Source: Candidatus Nealsonbacteria bacterium (GTDB lineage Bacteria > Patescibacteriota > Minisyncoccia > Minisyncoccales > MHMH01). From it: a stretch of 64,000 nucleotides of DNA. The DNA lies in contig JACPGX010000001.1 in assembly GCA_016188865.1 (NCBI GenBank), forward strand, positions 13,197 to 77,196, in the 5' to 3' direction. Shown piece after piece: positions 56,370 through 64,000 of this stretch. The translations under genes were made by a program, and so were the position numbers. Below the pieces are notes generated by a model. The model saw only the letters and a program-made list of their open reading frames with translations, was not told the DNA's origin and did not search any database. The first letter of the stretch is position 1; every line of letters begins with the position of its first letter.

Positions 56370-57479
56370 TTACAACCCTTCTTCTTTTAATCTTTCTAAT
56401 AACTCTTTTTGCTTTTTTGTCAACTTCTTGGGAGTTTTTATAATCAACTCTACATACATATCGCCTCTGCCATAACCCTGAAAATGCGGGATGCCTTTTC
56501 CGGAAATTCGCAAAATTTTGCCGGATTCTGCCCCTTCGGGAACCTTCAATAAAATCTTGGTACCCTCTAGAGCCGGCACTTCAACCTCATCACCTAAACC
56601 AGCTTGAGAAAAAGAAATTTCGCGGCTTAAATAAAGGTCATCACCCTTTCTCTCAAAAATCGTGTGCTTTTTAACAAAAATTCTCACATAAAGGTCGCCG
56701 GCTTTTCCGCCTTTTCTGCCTGCCTCTCCCCCGCCTCCGACTTTAATTACTTGATTTGTATCAACGCCGGCCGGAATAGAAATCTTTATTTTATCATCGC
56801 CCTTTACTCTGCCTTCCCCCTTGCAAACATTGCAAGGCTTTGCCGGCCTATAGCCCTCACCGCCGCACTCTGGGCATACTGCATAGCGGGTAACCGTTCC
56901 AAACATAGTTTTCCTTATTTGCTGGACTTCGCCTGTGCCGCGGCAAGAAAAACACTCGTTAACTGAAGTGCCGGGTTCAGCTCCTTTGCCCTGGCAGCGA
57001 CTGCAAACAACTTGTTTATATAAAGAGATTTCTTCTTTTCTTTCGTTAAGCGTTGCTTCCAGGGGAATCTCCATTTCAATTTCTATATCTTTGCCCCTTT
57101 TTAAATCTTTTTTTCCGCCGCTACGCATGCCAAACCCAAACATTTCTCCGAAAATATCACCCAAATCCATTTCGTCAAAATCTTCGCCGAATCTATCTTT
57201 CATAGATTCGAAATCAAAGCCAAATCCCTGGCCGCCTTGACCGGGAAAATCCCAACCCGGAGCTTGTCCGCCTTCAAAAACTCTGCCAAATTGGTCATAC
57301 TGGTTTCTTTTTTCAGAATCAGAAAGCACCCTATAAGCCTCGCTTACTTCTTTAAACTTTTCGGCATCGCCGCCCTTATCGGGGTGATACTGATGAGCTA
57401 ATTTCCTGTAGGCTCTCTTTATTTCTTCTTGGTTGGCGTTTTTTTGAATGCCTAAAATTTGATAATAGTCTTTTGCCAT
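56370..57479 (-). CDS. dnaJ: Chaperone DnaJ
   Basis: J domain with HPD, G/F region and four CxxCxGxG repeats. Confidence 0.97.
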   Translation of the reverse strand: MAKDYYQILGIQKNANQEEIKRAYRKLAHQYHPDKGGDAEKFKEVSEAYRVLSDSEKRNQYDQFGRVFEGGQAPGWDFPGQGGQGFGFDFESMKDRFGEDFDEMDLGDIFGEMFGFGMRSGGKKDLKRGKDIEIEMEIPLEATLNERKEEISLYKQVVCSRCQGKGAEPGTSVNECFSCRGTGEVQQIRKTMFGTVTRYAVCPECGGEGYRPAKPCNVCKGEGRVKGDDKIKISIPAGVDTNQVIKVGGGGEAGRKGGKAGDLYVRIFVKKHTIFERKGDDLYLSREISFSQAGLGDEVEVPALEGTKILLKVPEGAESGKILRISGKGIPHFQGYGRGDMYVELIIKTPKKLTKKQKELLERLKEEGL

Positions 57480-57510
57480 TGTGATATTAGGAGGTCCGAC
57501 CTCAAAATAT

Positions 57511-59403
57511 TTATTTTTCTTTATATTGGCCTTCCTCCGGGCCCTTCTTCTCTTCCGGCTTCTTTTCCTGCTGAGCTGCCTTATATAACTCCGCTCCAAC
57601 TTTCTGAATTGCTTGCGAGAGCTCTGAAGTTTTTTGCTTAATTTCTTCTATATTATCACCGTCTTTGACTTTTTTCAAAGCTTCAACTTTTTCGGTAATC
57701 TCTTTTTTAACATCAGCTGAAACTTTGTCGCCAGCTTCCCTTAAGGTTTTCTCGGTAGTATAAACCAAATTATCAGCTAAATTTTTAGCTTCGATAGATT
57801 CTCTTTTCTTTTGATCCTCAGCGGCGTGCATTTCGGCTTCTTTTTTCATTCTTTCAACCTCTTCTTTAGAAAGACCGGTAGAGCCCTCAATTCTTATTGA
57901 TTGCGACTTGCCGGTAGCTTTATCTTTAGCGGTAACCGACAAAATTCCGGAAGCATCAACGTCAAAAGTTAACTCAACTTGAGGAATGCCGCGAGGAGCC
58001 GGCGGAATGCCGTCTAAAACGAACTTGCCTAAGGACCTGTTATCCTGGACCATGGGCCTTTCTCCCTGTAAAACATTAATTTCCACTGCCGGCTGGCTAT
58101 CAGCTGCCGTAGAAAAAATCTGGCTTTTGGAAGTAGGTATTGTGGTATTTTTGGCAATCATTACAGTATTAACTCCTCCAAGGGTTTCTATTCCAAGCGA
58201 TAACGGCAAAACATCCAAAAGCAATACGCTTTTAATATCGCCCTCCGGAGCCCTGCCCTCTTCTTTGGCTTTTAGAATTTCAGCTTGAATGGCAGCTCCC
58301 GTTGCAACCACTTCTTCCGGATTAATAGATTTATTCGGCTCTCTGCCGAAAAACTTTTTAACTTCTTCTCTAACCGAAGGAATTAAAGTGGTACCGCCCA
58401 CCAAAACAACTTCATTAATGTCTTTTTTCGTCAATTTAGTTTCAGCTAAAGTTTTTTCAGCTCTTTCAATTGACCTTTCCACCAAATCGCGGGTTAAATC
58501 TTCAAATTTAGCTCGGTTGATTTTGTAATAAAGATGCTTTGGTCCGGCGGAATCAGCTGAAACAAAGGGCAAATTAATTTCTGTTTCCAAAGCTGAAGAT
58601 AATTCTATTTTGGCTTTTTCAGCAGCTTCCTTAACTCTTTGCAAGGCTAAGGGATCTTTTGATAAATCAATCCCCTGCTCTTTTTGAAATTGCTCAATAA
58701 TCCAATTCATTATTCTCTGGTCAAAGTCTTCTCCGCCCAAATGCGGCTCGCCGCCGGTAGATAACACCTCAACAGTATCGGGAGAAACTTCTAGGACGGT
58801 AACATCAAGGGTTCCACCGCCGAAATCGTAAACTATGACTTTTTGGTTTTCTTTCTTGCCAAAACCATACGCTAAGGCAGCGGCAGTCGGCTCGTTGATA
58901 ATCCTTAAAACATTAAATCCTGCTACTTCGCCTGCGGTTTTTGTGGCTTTCCTTTGAGAATCGTCAAAGTTAGCCGGGCAGGTAATCACAACCGCCCCCA
59001 CCTTATCTCCTAGTTTTTCTTCGGCATCAGCTTTAATCTTCTGTAAAATCATGGAAGAAATCTCAATTGGCGTATGCCAAGCTTCCCCCATTTTAATTTC
59101 TACGCCGCCATCTGACCTTTCCCTTGTTTCATAAGGCAATCTTTTTAACTCCTTTTGGACTTCAGGGTCTTGGAATCTTCTGCCAATAAACCTTTTAACA
59201 GCGAAAATAGTGTTTTTAGGATTGGTAACTGCCTGCCTTTTGGCCAAATCTCCTACCAATCTTTCGCCTGATTTTGTCAAAGCGACAATCGAAGGTATTA
59301 AAACAGAACCCTCTCTTGAATCTAAACACTTTGGCTCTCCCTGAACGATGGAAGCCATCTTAGAAATTGATGTACCTAAGTCGATACCGATAACTTTTGT
59401 CAT
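57511..59403 (-). CDS. dnaK: Chaperone DnaK
   Basis: [23 protein letters not shown] and GIPPAPRG. Confidence 0.97.
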   Translation of the reverse strand: MTKVIGIDLGTSISKMASIVQGEPKCLDSREGSVLIPSIVALTKSGERLVGDLAKRQAVTNPKNTIFAVKRFIGRRFQDPEVQKELKRLPYETRERSDGGVEIKMGEAWHTPIEISSMILQKIKADAEEKLGDKVGAVVITCPANFDDSQRKATKTAGEVAGFNVLRIINEPTAAALAYGFGKKENQKVIVYDFGGGTLDVTVLEVSPDTVEVLSTGGEPHLGGEDFDQRIMNWIIEQFQKEQGIDLSKDPLALQRVKEAAEKAKIELSSALETEINLPFVSADSAGPKHLYYKINRAKFEDLTRDLVERSIERAEKTLAETKLTKKDINEVVLVGGTTLIPSVREEVKKFFGREPNKSINPEEVVATGAAIQAEILKAKEEGRAPEGDIKSVLLLDVLPLSLGIETLGGVNTVMIAKNTTIPTSKSQIFSTAADSQPAVEINVLQGERPMVQDNRSLGKFVLDGIPPAPRGIPQVELTFDVDASGILSVTAKDKATGKSQSIRIEGSTGLSKEEVERMKKEAEMHAAEDQKKRESIEAKNLADNLVYTTEKTLREAGDKVSADVKKEITEKVEALKKVKDGDNIEEIKQKTSELSQAIQKVGAELYKAAQQEKKPEEKKGPEEGQYKEK

Positions 59404-59477
59404 AATTTTTATTTTTTTATTTTTTATTAATTTTATTAGCGACTTGACAAACTATATGAATATGCTAAGATAATCAT

Positions 59478-59585
59478 GCTGAGCTGAGTCATTGGATTAC
59501 CCGGAGCGCGAGCCTCGTGTTCCCCTCCTTCGGCGGACAGTGTGGCCATTTCAATAAGTCCATGCTTTCGATGATTCAGTTCAGT
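59478..59585 (+). ncRNA. Candidate ~108-nt structured ncRNA antisense to the grpE-dnaK junction
   Basis: 18-bp closing stem whose deviations are all G-U on the + strand; promoter TTGACA-N16-TAAGAT with extended -10 TG at 59444-59471. Confidence 0.55.
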
Positions 59586-59655
59586 AGTATATAAATATAT
59601 ATAATATAGTTAGTAGTAAGTCCCTTTGACTGCGCTGCGGTCGAAGGGACATTTT

Positions 59656-60120
59656 TTATTTAACTACCTTCACCTTAGCGGGTCTCAATAATCGACCGTT
59701 AATTATATAACCCTTCTGGATTTCTTCAATTATTACACCGGGTTCTTTACCCCTTTCCTCAACTTCTCCAACAATCTCGTGCCAATTTGCGTCAAATTTT
59801 TCTCCCACGGTTTTTATTTCTTCCATTCCCTGACTTTTAAGTAAATCCTGAAGTTGTTTTTTAATTTGCAATAAACCTCGTATATTATCATCTTCTTTAT
59901 TCGATAAATTCTTTTCGGCTGACTCAAAGTTATCTAAAATCGGCAATACTTTCAAAACCAATTCTTCAGTGCCGTATTTTAGCAGCTCGGCGATTCTTTC
60001 CATTTCTTCTTTTTTATAATTCAAAAAATCAGCTCTCGCCCTTTGCCAACCTGCCAGATATTCTTCTTTCTGCTTGTCGCATTCTTCCAGCTTCTTTTTA
60101 ATCTCTAAATTCTCGTCCAT
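59656..60120 (-). CDS. grpE: Nucleotide exchange factor GrpE
   Basis: RARADFLNYKK, LPILDNFE and GY....RLLRPAKV. Confidence 0.95.
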   Translation of the reverse strand: MDENLEIKKKLEECDKQKEEYLAGWQRARADFLNYKKEEMERIAELLKYGTEELVLKVLPILDNFESAEKNLSNKEDDNIRGLLQIKKQLQDLLKSQGMEEIKTVGEKFDANWHEIVGEVEERGKEPGVIIEEIQKGYIINGRLLRPAKVKVVK

Positions 60121-60767
60121 ATTTCTTGAATTAACTTAATATTCCTATCATAACTCATTCTTTTGGGCCCTAAAAGAGCAAAAAGTCCGCCATTAAATCC
60201 AGCAGTAATAATGCTGAAATCTTTGACTTTTGACACTGGATTTTCCTTGCCGATATAAATTTTAACTTCCGGTAAATATAATTCTTCAATATTTTCCTCA
60301 AAATCATCAATCATTTTCGCAAAGCTCGCCGCAAGCCCGGGCTCTAAAAATTCCGGCTCTTCAAAAATATCCTGCCAACCATCTTTCCAAACGATTTTTT
60401 CATCAGCCAAATACCCAAAGGCCAATTCGGAAGATTCTTCAGCTAAAAATCTGGTAGCTGTTTTGATAAATTCGAAAGAATCATCGATTTGCTTATCTAA
60501 TTCCTTTTCAATATTCAAACTATTTTTTAACAGCTCATTTACGAAAAACCTATAGCCTTTATCAGTAGGCACCCTGCCCGCCGAAGTATGCGGCTGGGAA
60601 AGATACCCCTCATCGGCAAGTTCCTGCATCTCATTCCTGATGGTAGCGGGCGAAATGCCAAGTTTATGCTTCTTTTCAAGCAATTTAGAGCTTATCGGCT
60701 CCGCCAAAACAATGTAGTCCCTGACAATCCTATTTAAAATTTCTCCCTGCCTTTCCGTAATCATCAA
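60105..60767 (-). CDS. hrcA: Heat-inducible transcription repressor HrcA (short)
   Basis: SPATIRNEM, QPHTSAGRVPT and GPKRM.Y. Confidence 0.93.
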   Translation of the reverse strand: MMITERQGEILNRIVRDYIVLAEPISSKLLEKKHKLGISPATIRNEMQELADEGYLSQPHTSAGRVPTDKGYRFFVNELLKNSLNIEKELDKQIDDSFEFIKTATRFLAEESSELAFGYLADEKIVWKDGWQDIFEEPEFLEPGLAASFAKMIDDFEENIEELYLPEVKIYIGKENPVSKVKDFSIITAGFNGGLFALLGPKRMSYDRNIKLIQEIWTRI

Positions 60768-60788
60768 GAGTATTATAGCAAACCCAAA

Positions 60789-60815
60789 TTAGCAGTCAAG
60801 GCCTTCGAGTGATAA
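60789..60815. promoter_or_regulatory. CIRCE element
   Basis: TTAGCAGTC-N9-GAGTGATAA versus consensus TTAGCACTC-N9-GAGTGCTAA, just upstream of hrcA. Confidence 0.88.
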
Positions 60816-60850
60816 CAAAAAGCCCTGGCGTTGAAGCCAAGGCTTTATAC

Positions 60851-62476
60851 TTAATCTCTCAAAAAGCCGATGGAGTTATCTCTTCTGTGGTTATAATAAT
60901 CCTTTTTTGCCTTCTCTAGAATTTCCTGGCTCTCGCAAATAGTCTTTGCCGCGGCCAAAACATATTCTACCGGAACTGAATCTAAATGATCATAGGAGGC
61001 CCTGTCGGCTGCGTTTATAACGGCATTTTTGATCTCACGACCATTTATCTCAAACTTAACTAATTCGCACAGTATCTTCTCCGTCAGGCCGGAAACTGAC
61101 AAATTCTCGGAAAAAATTCCCTGCCAAACCTTTTTTCTTTTCTCATCATCTAGAGCAGGAAAACAAATCTGGCATCTTATCCGCGAATTAATAGCTGGAT
61201 CAATATCAATTGGCCGATTAGTCGTCAGCCACAAAATCCCTCTTTCCAATCTTTCGAGATTTCTTAATACTGCCTGTATCCTCCAACTCACATCATATGA
61301 AGTAGCTTCGCGAGAGAGCAAAATTCCTTCTGCCTCATCAATAATGGTAACAGCGTTCCATCTTTCAGTTTTATCGATAACTTCCTTTAAGGCTTGCTCA
61401 AAGTGGCCAGCAATGGGGATGAGGTTTGTGGAATCAGCTATAAAAAGTGGCCGGCCTAGCAATTCAGCTAAAGCTTCGCCCGTCATTGTTTTGCCGGTGC
61501 CCGAAGGACCGATAGCTAAAAATATTTTTCCTCTCCCCCTATGAAAAACCTTTCCCAGCCCCCATTGAGAAAGAATTTTTTCCTCGCTATAAACGAGGGA
61601 AAGAATTTCTTTACGGGTTTTTTCATCCATAACTATTCGATCAAACATCTTCCTATCAAATTGCCTGCGCCGAATTTGAGAAGAAGAAAACTCTACATTA
61701 TGCTGATAAGACGGAAGGTAAACATTATACCTTTGCCCGGGCACCAAAGGAACCTCAAAAACATCTCTTTGCCGTACAAGTGGCCGCTTGCCATATGCTA
61801 AGGATAATTCTACATTAACCCCGGTTTTATTAGCCAACTGGTATGGAGAATTAATCTGATTCAGATTAGCGCCTTCGCGTCCTTTCGGGCTATCGATAAC
61901 TCCTTTCAGCCCTTTTGGAAAAGCGTGGGAAGCAGCTCCCATCATTGGCGACTCCATCTTTATAGTGGTGTCTCCAGTCAATTCCACCGCATCTCCCTCA
62001 TTAAAAATAATCTCTTCTGGAGAAAAATTACTTTCTCGATTTTTAACAAAAAGGCGATAAGTATCTTCTGAAACTGCTTTCAAATCTTTAATCCGGACGG
62101 AGTATTCTCTCGGCTCAATTGCCTGCGCCGCTGAATTTAGAGGCATAACTTTGGCCTCTGGCACGAAATCCTGGTCAGTGAAAAAAACTTTTTGGATCTG
62201 AACTTTCGTTACTAAACACTTAGATCCCGGAGGCAAGAAGGTATAACGAGTGCCCTCCTTTAATTCAAAAATATGGCCGATTTTTGGCAGGACAACGCCA
62301 TTGATATCTATGAATGATCCCGGGGAAGCTGACTGCTTCTTAATTATATTGCAGATACGCCATGCCTCAGAAAGGCTAAAACTGTGACTCTTTTTCCATA
62401 ATTTGCGGCTCTTCCTTCCTCTAGCCGGATTAAAAAGCTTATCTATGGGATTCAATCTGTCGTTGTCATCACTCAT
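60851..62476 (-). CDS. AAA+ ATPase with an uncharacterised N-terminal region
   Basis: GPSGTGKT, IIDEAE, LTTNRP.DIDPAI.SR and NGREIKN; SD GGGAGG before the ATG at 62476. Confidence 0.85.
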   Translation of the reverse strand: MSDDNDRLNPIDKLFNPARGRKSRKLWKKSHSFSLSEAWRICNIIKKQSASPGSFIDINGVVLPKIGHIFELKEGTRYTFLPPGSKCLVTKVQIQKVFFTDQDFVPEAKVMPLNSAAQAIEPREYSVRIKDLKAVSEDTYRLFVKNRESNFSPEEIIFNEGDAVELTGDTTIKMESPMMGAASHAFPKGLKGVIDSPKGREGANLNQINSPYQLANKTGVNVELSLAYGKRPLVRQRDVFEVPLVPGQRYNVYLPSYQHNVEFSSSQIRRRQFDRKMFDRIVMDEKTRKEILSLVYSEEKILSQWGLGKVFHRGRGKIFLAIGPSGTGKTMTGEALAELLGRPLFIADSTNLIPIAGHFEQALKEVIDKTERWNAVTIIDEAEGILLSREATSYDVSWRIQAVLRNLERLERGILWLTTNRPIDIDPAINSRIRCQICFPALDDEKRKKVWQGIFSENLSVSGLTEKILCELVKFEINGREIKNAVINAADRASYDHLDSVPVEYVLAAAKTICESQEILEKAKKDYYNHRRDNSIGFLRD

Positions 62477-62579
62477 TTCTTTATCCTCCCCATATATATT
62501 GCAAAAGAGCTTCGACACCGCATCATAATCTAAATTTTTAAATTTGTCAATAAGCTGGGTTATGATAAGATTAGTAAAT

Positions 62580-63491
62580 ATGCGCAATATAATTCAAAAC
62601 GAAAAAACAACATGGATCGATATAACTAAACCTACCAAACAGGATGTTGAATATTTGAAAAACCAATATCGCTTTCATCCGATGGTTTTAGATCAGTTAA
62701 TCCCCCGCGTTTATCATCCAAGACTGGAAACCAAGCCTGATTACCTTTTTATTATCATCAACTATCCCCAGTACCACGAAACCGATAAAGAAGTATCTCC
62801 CAGAGAGTTAGATATAATCCTTACTAAAAATACTATCATTACCAATCACTTCAGACCGTTTTTTGTCTTGGAAAATTTATTCAAAACATGCCAAAGGCCA
62901 GAAATAGAAGGTGAAAAATATTTAGACAAGGGACCGGGCTTTGTTTTATTTTCCATTCTGGATACCTTTTGGCGCGATTCTTTATTAAAATTAAACAAGC
63001 TAAGCGACGAAATCGACAAAATAGAGAAAAGAATTTTTAAGGGCGTGGAAAAAGAAATGGTAATAGAAATCTCTCATATAAAAACGGACATAATGGATTT
63101 TTGGCGGATAATTGACCCTCAATTTGAAATAATGAAATCACTGGAGAAAGAAGGGCCTAAATTTTTTGGTGAAGAATTTTCTTTTCATTTTTCCGACATG
63201 CTGCAAACTTATGAAAGAGTCTGGCAAGCTCTAAAAGCGCACAAAGAAACAATTTTGGCCCTGGAAGACACTAATCGCTCGCTGCTTACTATTAAAACTA
63301 ACGAAATTATAAAAATTCTAACTATTTTTTCACTGATACTCATGCCGCCGACTTTATTAGCTTCAATCTGGGGCATGAATGTCAAGCTGCCTTTCGGGCA
63401 GCATCAATCCGGCTTTTGGATTGTTGGCGCAATAATGGCCATAGTGCTGGTTACCATGTTTATTTATTTCAGAAAGAAAAAGTGGCTCTAA
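62580..63491 (+). CDS. corA: CorA-family Mg2+ transporter
   Basis: WIDI..P, PPTLLASIWGMN (GMN motif) and two C-terminal TMs. Confidence 0.92.
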   Translation: MRNIIQNEKTTWIDITKPTKQDVEYLKNQYRFHPMVLDQLIPRVYHPRLETKPDYLFIIINYPQYHETDKEVSPRELDIILTKNTIITNHFRPFFVLENLFKTCQRPEIEGEKYLDKGPGFVLFSILDTFWRDSLLKLNKLSDEIDKIEKRIFKGVEKEMVIEISHIKTDIMDFWRIIDPQFEIMKSLEKEGPKFFGEEFSFHFSDMLQTYERVWQALKAHKETILALEDTNRSLLTIKTNEIIKILTIFSLILMPPTLLASIWGMNVKLPFGQHQSGFWIVGAIMAIVLVTMFIYFRKKKWL

Positions 63492-63495
63492 GCTG

Positions 63496-64000
63496 ATGTT
63501 TAAGTCAATCCGACATTATTTACTGGGAAAAACTCTGGCAATCAGAGAGACTGCCGAAGAAAAACTAACCAACTTCCAGGCATTGGCGATTTTTGGTTCA
63601 GACGCTCTTTCTTCAACGGCTTACGCTACGGAAGAAATCCTTTTAGTTTTAGCTTTGGCAGGCGCAATGGCATCGTCACATCTCTTGCCAATATCCTTAG
63701 CGATTGCCCTTTTAATACTTATGGTGGCTTTTTCTTATCGGGAAATTATTTATGCCTATCCCCAGGGAGGCGGAGTTTATAATGTTGCTAAAGAAAATTT
63801 AGGCGAAACTCCCGGGCTTATTGGAGCTTCAAGTTTAGTCTTTGATTACATACTAACTGTTACTGTATCGGTTGCAGCCGGAGTTGCGGCAATAACTTCC
63901 GCTTTTCCGTCATTATACCCATACAGAATCCTAATGGGCTTGCTGGTTATTTTATTTTTAATGTGGATTAACCTGAAGGGAGTCAGATCATCCGGAAGAA
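63496..64000 (+). CDS. APC-superfamily transporter (KimA/YdaO-like), partial
   Basis: Manual translation: MFKSIRHYLLGK...ALAIFGSDALSSTAYATEE...AYPQGGGVY...DYILTV.VSVAAG. Confidence 0.85.
   Translation, partial: MFKSIRHYLLGKTLAIRETAEEKLTNFQALAIFGSDALSSTAYATEEILLVLALAGAMASSHLLPISLAIALLILMVAFSYREIIYAYPQGGGVYNVAKENLGETPGLIGASSLVFDYILTVTVSVAAGVAAITSAFPSLYPYRILMGLLVILFLMWINLKGVRSSGR

Noticed and set aside
59436..59468. Second CIRCE upstream of dnaK (TTAGC...GCTAA)
   Set aside because: Spacing and inner bases do not fit TTAGCACTC-N9-GAGTGCTAA.
1..64000. Alternative genetic code (UGA=Gly, as in Gracilibacteria/SR1)
   Set aside because: Long core genes are intact under code 11 and several end in TGA.

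Overview
A 64-kb stretch of a reduced, AT-rich bacterial chromosome. The divergent 16S rRNA, short core proteins and gene content suggest a Patescibacteria/CPR (Parcubacteria-like) genome using the standard genetic code. It starts with a stand-alone 16S rRNA gene (minus strand, no adjacent 23S) that lacks the anti-Shine-Dalgarno sequence and carries two self-splicing introns: a group II intron with a LAGLIDADG ORF and a group I intron with a LAGLIDADG remnant. Core blocks cover translation (tsf, rpsB, pyrH, rpmE, prfA, rplY), gluconeogenesis/acetate use (acs, ppsA, FBP aldolase/phosphatase, gap, gpm, eno), ftsZ, repair (xseAB, rarA, UvrD-nuclease) and hrcA-grpE-dnaK-dnaJ with a CIRCE. Accessory units are interspersed, chiefly a ~15-kb nucleotide/NAD island (TrpB2, NUDIX, CYTH, uridine kinase-CYTH, DUF1257/2997-AAA-vWA, NadE-NadD fusion, vWA, pyruvate-kinase-like, PurA-like). 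Main observations: (1) nine accessory transcription units share a leader of sigma70 promoter, rRNA-type boxA-like motif and strong SD, while the core genes inspected have neither motif and the 16S has no anti-SD; (2) two tRNA genes are broken by CCTGCC-type palindromes and each encloses an intact same-anticodon tRNA, one together with a GIY-YIG nuclease; (3) three RAYT transposases each carry their own REP hairpin in-frame at the same position; (4) two promoter-driven structured ncRNA candidates. All calls were made by eye, without database searches.
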